A DNA stretch of 45,277 nt from a virus. Its lineage: Duplodnaviria; Caudoviricetes. The notes under the pieces were generated by a model that saw only the letters and a list, made by a program, of their open reading frames with translations, ran no database searches and was not told where the DNA came from. The first letter of the stretch is position 1, and every line of letters begins with the position of its first letter. Of this stretch, positions 42,174 to 45,277 are shown one piece after another. The stretch covers positions 1-45,277 of the IMG/VR virus record IMGVR_UViG_3300036773_000125. One strand, 5' to 3'. The translations under genes were made by a program, and so were the position numbers.

Positions 42174-43334
42174 CTAGGCCAGCGCGATATCTTGGATCTT
42201 CAGATTGACCGTGCCGGGATCGCCGCCGCTCATGCCCATGATGCGCCGCCGGTACGTGCCGTCCGCGATGACGGGGTGGCGCACCACGCGGACCAACGGC
42301 ATGTCACCCTCGACCCACTCACCGAGCTTGGGCGACACCTGAATGCCCTTGCGGTTCTTGCCGTCAATGCGCACGGACATCGTCCACGTTTCTTTGGGCA
42401 CCGAGTATTCCTTCAGCACCGCGGACGCGAAGGTGTTCAGCCGAGTCAGCACTTTCGAATCGCTGTGGGTGGTGTCGACGTAGTCTGCGTATGGCACGCC
42501 CAGCGCTTGCAAGGCAGCCGTGTTCTCCGCGTAGCCAATCAGGGCTACGCCACCGCCGTCGCTCGACCCCTTGGACCACACGCGGTGCGGCCGGGGGATG
42601 GACATGTTGTAGTCGACGTCGATATTCCCGAACGCGGCGCCTGACTCCCACAGCGCGTTGAGCGTGAGATTGCCGAGCGCCGGTGTGCCAAGCGCGAGCT
42701 TGAAACCGATGCTCGGTAGGTTGCCCGTGTAGAACAGGTACGGGCGGATGATGAATTCCACACCGCCGTCCGTCTCCGTCTGGTCTGACAGCCGACTCCA
42801 CACGGAAGTCAGGTCACTACCCACAAAGAATTGTGTGAATGTGCCCGTCTCCCCCGCGCCATCACTCACGTCGAACGGCAGACTGGCCCCGGAGTCGCTG
42901 TCTCCCAACGACTTCACCACGATCTCGCGCATGAGCGCACGCTGCGACATGCCCGCAGCAGTCCAGTTGTTCGCCGCGTTCTGAATCGTGGCAGGAGTGG
43001 CGTTCGGCATGCGCACCTCGCGGCTGTCGAACAGGGCGCCGATCCCGGACCCGCTGACGCTCAGCACGTTCGTGCCCTGCGCGAAACCCGCGGACGACGG
43101 CATGCCGCCTTGCAGCGGCACATCGTCGTAGCAGATCATCCAGAAGTACGCGCCGGACGTGGTGTAGCTGAGCACGTTGTCCTTGAAGTTCGGCGCGACG
43201 CCCAGTTGCAGCTCGCAGGACCAGTCGCCCTTCTCGCCGATCTCCGTGGACCACGACGGATCGCCGGATGGCTTGAGCTCATCCTTGACGATGCCGGTCC
43301 GCGCCTCGCAGACCAGCACCCGGTACCCGCTCAC
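42174..43334 (-). CDS. Minor tail protein (baseplate hub-like)
   Basis: 386 aa; third gene after the tape measure; C-terminal SPKLGEWVEGD...GTYRRRIMG pattern. Confidence 0.75.
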   Translation of the reverse strand: MSGYRVLVCEARTGIVKDELKPSGDPSWSTEIGEKGDWSCELQLGVAPNFKDNVLSYTTSGAYFWMICYDDVPLQGGMPSSAGFAQGTNVLSVSGSGIGALFDSREVRMPNATPATIQNAANNWTAAGMSQRALMREIVVKSLGDSDSGASLPFDVSDGAGETGTFTQFFVGSDLTSVWSRLSDQTETDGGVEFIIRPYLFYTGNLPSIGFKLALGTPALGNLTLNALWESGAAFGNIDVDYNMSIPRPHRVWSKGSSDGGGVALIGYAENTAALQALGVPYADYVDTTHSDSKVLTRLNTFASAVLKEYSVPKETWTMSVRIDGKNRKGIQVSPKLGEWVEGDMPLVRVVRHPVIADGTYRRRIMGMSGGDPGTVNLKIQDIALA

Positions 43335-44533
43335 AGCCAGATCTTGATCGGGTCGATGTTGGCCGGCTCGACCTCAACCACCAGCACGTGCTGCCCGGTG
43401 TCGTTGCCGGAGAAGACGAAACCGCTGCCACCATTGGGCGCGTTCCGGATCAAGACGTCCATGTCGATGATCGTCTGCGCGGTGAGCGGCCCCCACGGCA
43501 GCGCGGGAACCGCGATGACGTTGGGCAGCGCGCTGCCTCCGCCGAAGTTGTTCACCCCGGCGTAGGAGATCAGCGCGCCGCCGCTGATCCGCGTGCGGGC
43601 CTCGACACCCACGTTCGGGTCGATCGAGATGGGATTCAGCCTCCCGCCCGCGCGGACGATGACTGGGATGCCGAACGCGGGAATCGTCTGGCTGACGATC
43701 GTGCGCACGGTGCCCTGGCCGAGGGTCGGCGAGGCCGCGCCCGCGGGCGCGTTCTTGGTGTAGATCAGCTTGCCGCCGTCACCGCGCCACCCGGCCGTGC
43801 CGGCGTCGGACGCGACGAAGTAGGTCTGGTTGGGGAACGGGTGGCCCACCACGTACCGCTGGTCGCCCGCGTACGCGCCGGCTTCGAGGAAGGCAGCCGA
43901 GGTGATCTTGGCGTCCGCGCCGTAGAGCACCCTCTTGCCACCGCGGGCAGTGAGCCCGGGGCCGCGCATGTCGGTCAGCGTGATCGTGGTCCCGTTGGCC
44001 TCAACCTGCGCCGCGAAGAGCGGAATCCATCCGTTGGCCGGCAGGAACGCGGACGGCACCACCGGGGTGCCTGACGTGTTGTCGCCGGTGATGGCCTGGA
44101 CCACGAACCGGCGGTCGCCGGCAGTCGAGCCGATGGCCGAGTTCCGGTCATCGTAGATCCGCGCGATGATCAGGTCGATGCGTCGCTGTGTCGCGCTCGG
44201 GGTGGCGAGCCCGAGCGTCTTGATCGCGTCCAGCCCGCACAGGTACGGGCCGTTGCTCGGGGTGTCGATGAGGCAATTGCCGAGGTTGACGTTCAGGAGC
44301 GGGCTGCTGCCGGTGGCCGCCACGGTGACGCGCAGGCCACCATGGCTCGCGTCGCCCAGCGTGGTGCCGGAGATCGCGCCGCCGGCGAACACGCCGCTCT
44401 TGTACGACATAACGCTGCCCGGCTGTGGTGTGACCAGCCCGGCGATGGCGTAGCGGAAGTCGCGTTCGTCCATCCGCTGGTGGAAGGCGATGGGGTCGAA
44501 TGCACTTTGGACAGTGTTGCCGAGCGTGGGCAT
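43331..44533 (-). CDS. Minor tail protein
   Basis: 400 aa; PSATQRRIDLIIARIYD...PVVP...IPL motif common in actinophage minor tails. Confidence 0.8.
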   Translation of the reverse strand: MPTLGNTVQSAFDPIAFHQRMDERDFRYAIAGLVTPQPGSVMSYKSGVFAGGAISGTTLGDASHGGLRVTVAATGSSPLLNVNLGNCLIDTPSNGPYLCGLDAIKTLGLATPSATQRRIDLIIARIYDDRNSAIGSTAGDRRFVVQAITGDNTSGTPVVPSAFLPANGWIPLFAAQVEANGTTITLTDMRGPGLTARGGKRVLYGADAKITSAAFLEAGAYAGDQRYVVGHPFPNQTYFVASDAGTAGWRGDGGKLIYTKNAPAGAASPTLGQGTVRTIVSQTIPAFGIPVIVRAGGRLNPISIDPNVGVEARTRISGGALISYAGVNNFGGGSALPNVIAVPALPWGPLTAQTIIDMDVLIRNAPNGGSGFVFSGNDTGQHVLVVEVEPANIDPIKIWL

Positions 44534-44543
44534 GCTGCCTCCT

Positions 44544-45277
44544 TCACCAGTTGGCCGGACGGAACCGCGCGGTCACCGTGCCGAGGTCGGTGGACGGTCC
44601 CGAGTGGGACAGGCCGATGGACAGCGAGCTGCCAGGCTGGACGATGAACGAGTCCCACTGGGCCGGGTTCGCGAGGTAGCCGCGCCCCGACGTGCCGTTG
44701 AGCAGGACGCTCGGGTCTTCGGGGTTGAGGTCGACGAACTGCCCGGCCGTCAGCGTGTCGTTGTACTTGATCGAGCCGCCCGCCACCGAGAGCACAGGCG
44801 TGGTGAGCGGGCCGGTCAGCGTGAGCAGCGGCGAGCTGGGCGCCGTCCCGCGGGTGTTGTCGAGCAGGATCGTGCCCGTGGCGCCGACGATACCAAAATC
44901 GAGCCCGGGGCCGGCATCGAAGTCGAGGCCGCTCGCGACCGCGCGGAACTCGATGTCATCGGCGAGCAGGAAGGCGCCGACCGCGATCGGTCCCTTTTGG
45001 ACTCGGATCTTGGCCTGCGTGGTGAGCGCGGGCGCTACGCCGTCAAGCGTCTGCTGGTCGGACCACGTCGCGGCCGACAGCGTCGCGGTGGTGAGCGTGG
45101 TCGAGGAGATCAGCGTGTTGCTCGCGTTGTACCAGTCGATGGCCAGCTGAGCCGTGCCGGAGGTCGACGGGTTGAAGAAACAGCTCGCGCGATACGTCGC
45201 GCCGGCTGTGAGCCCGGTGATCATCGCGGTGGACACGAGCCCGCTGGGGGTGGTGTTCTGCGTGCTGGTTGCCTTGC
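44544..45277 (-). CDS. Distal tail (Dit-like) protein, C-terminal part with carbohydrate-binding-like insert
   Basis: Continues from 755 across the junction. CBM-like segment, then NTRGTAPSSPLLTLTGPLTTP...RFRPANW, a Dit-like C-terminus. Confidence 0.8.
   Translation of the reverse strand, partial: KATSTQNTTPSGLVSTAMITGLTAGATYRASCFFNPSTSGTAQLAIDWYNASNTLISSTTLTTATLSAATWSDQQTLDGVAPALTTQAKIRVQKGPIAVGAFLLADDIEFRAVASGLDFDAGPGLDFGIVGATGTILLDNTRGTAPSSPLLTLTGPLTTPVLSVAGGSIKYNDTLTAGQFVDLNPEDPSVLLNGTSGRGYLANPAQWDSFIVQPGSSLSIGLSHSGPSTDLGTVTARFRPANW
45151..45277. repeat. Terminal direct repeat (copy of 1-127)
   Basis: Exact match to the start of the window. Confidence 0.95.

Noticed and set aside
45151-45277. 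127-bp terminal repeat as a biological direct terminal repeat
   Set aside because: It falls mid-gene and equals a common assembler k-mer length, so it is best explained as circular contig overlap.

Overview
The window is an apparently complete, circularly assembled genome of a high-GC actinobacteriophage (siphovirus). It is about 45,150 bp, and bases 1-127 are repeated at 45151-45277 as an assembly overlap. The minus strand carries the virion and lysis genes: TerS, TerL, portal, MuF/maturation protein, scaffold, capsid, head-tail joining, major tail, tail chaperones, a 1654-aa tape measure, a distal tail gene crossing the contig junction, minor tails, membrane proteins, GH25 endolysin, holin and a LamG-repeat protein. 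It also carries a right-end block: primase-helicase, iteron-rich putative origin, Holliday junction resolvase, Zn-finger/HTH regulator, Stealth-family transferase, HNH nuclease and a SAP-domain protein. The plus strand (22.4-35.9 kb) carries early and replication genes: DNA methyltransferase, PolA, WhiB-like fusion, SF2 helicase, Ltp-like membrane protein, PD-(D/E)XK exonuclease and an SSB-like protein. I recognise no integrase, immunity repressor, tRNA or LysB, so a lytic phage of a non-mycolate actinomycete is inferred. The most notable observations are: a minimal stand-alone Stealth hexose-1-phosphate transferase; a start-associated AACCCGGAAAC motif whose complement lies in a hairpin loop after the major tail gene (possible pseudoknot or antisense translational control); tail chaperones in a +1/-2 rather than -1 frame relationship; 11 CGAGGGTCC iterons with satellite copies inside the primase gene; a repeated TTGACACTT promoter/operator motif; and a CBM inserted into the distal tail protein. 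All product calls come from motif recognition by eye, with no database searches run.
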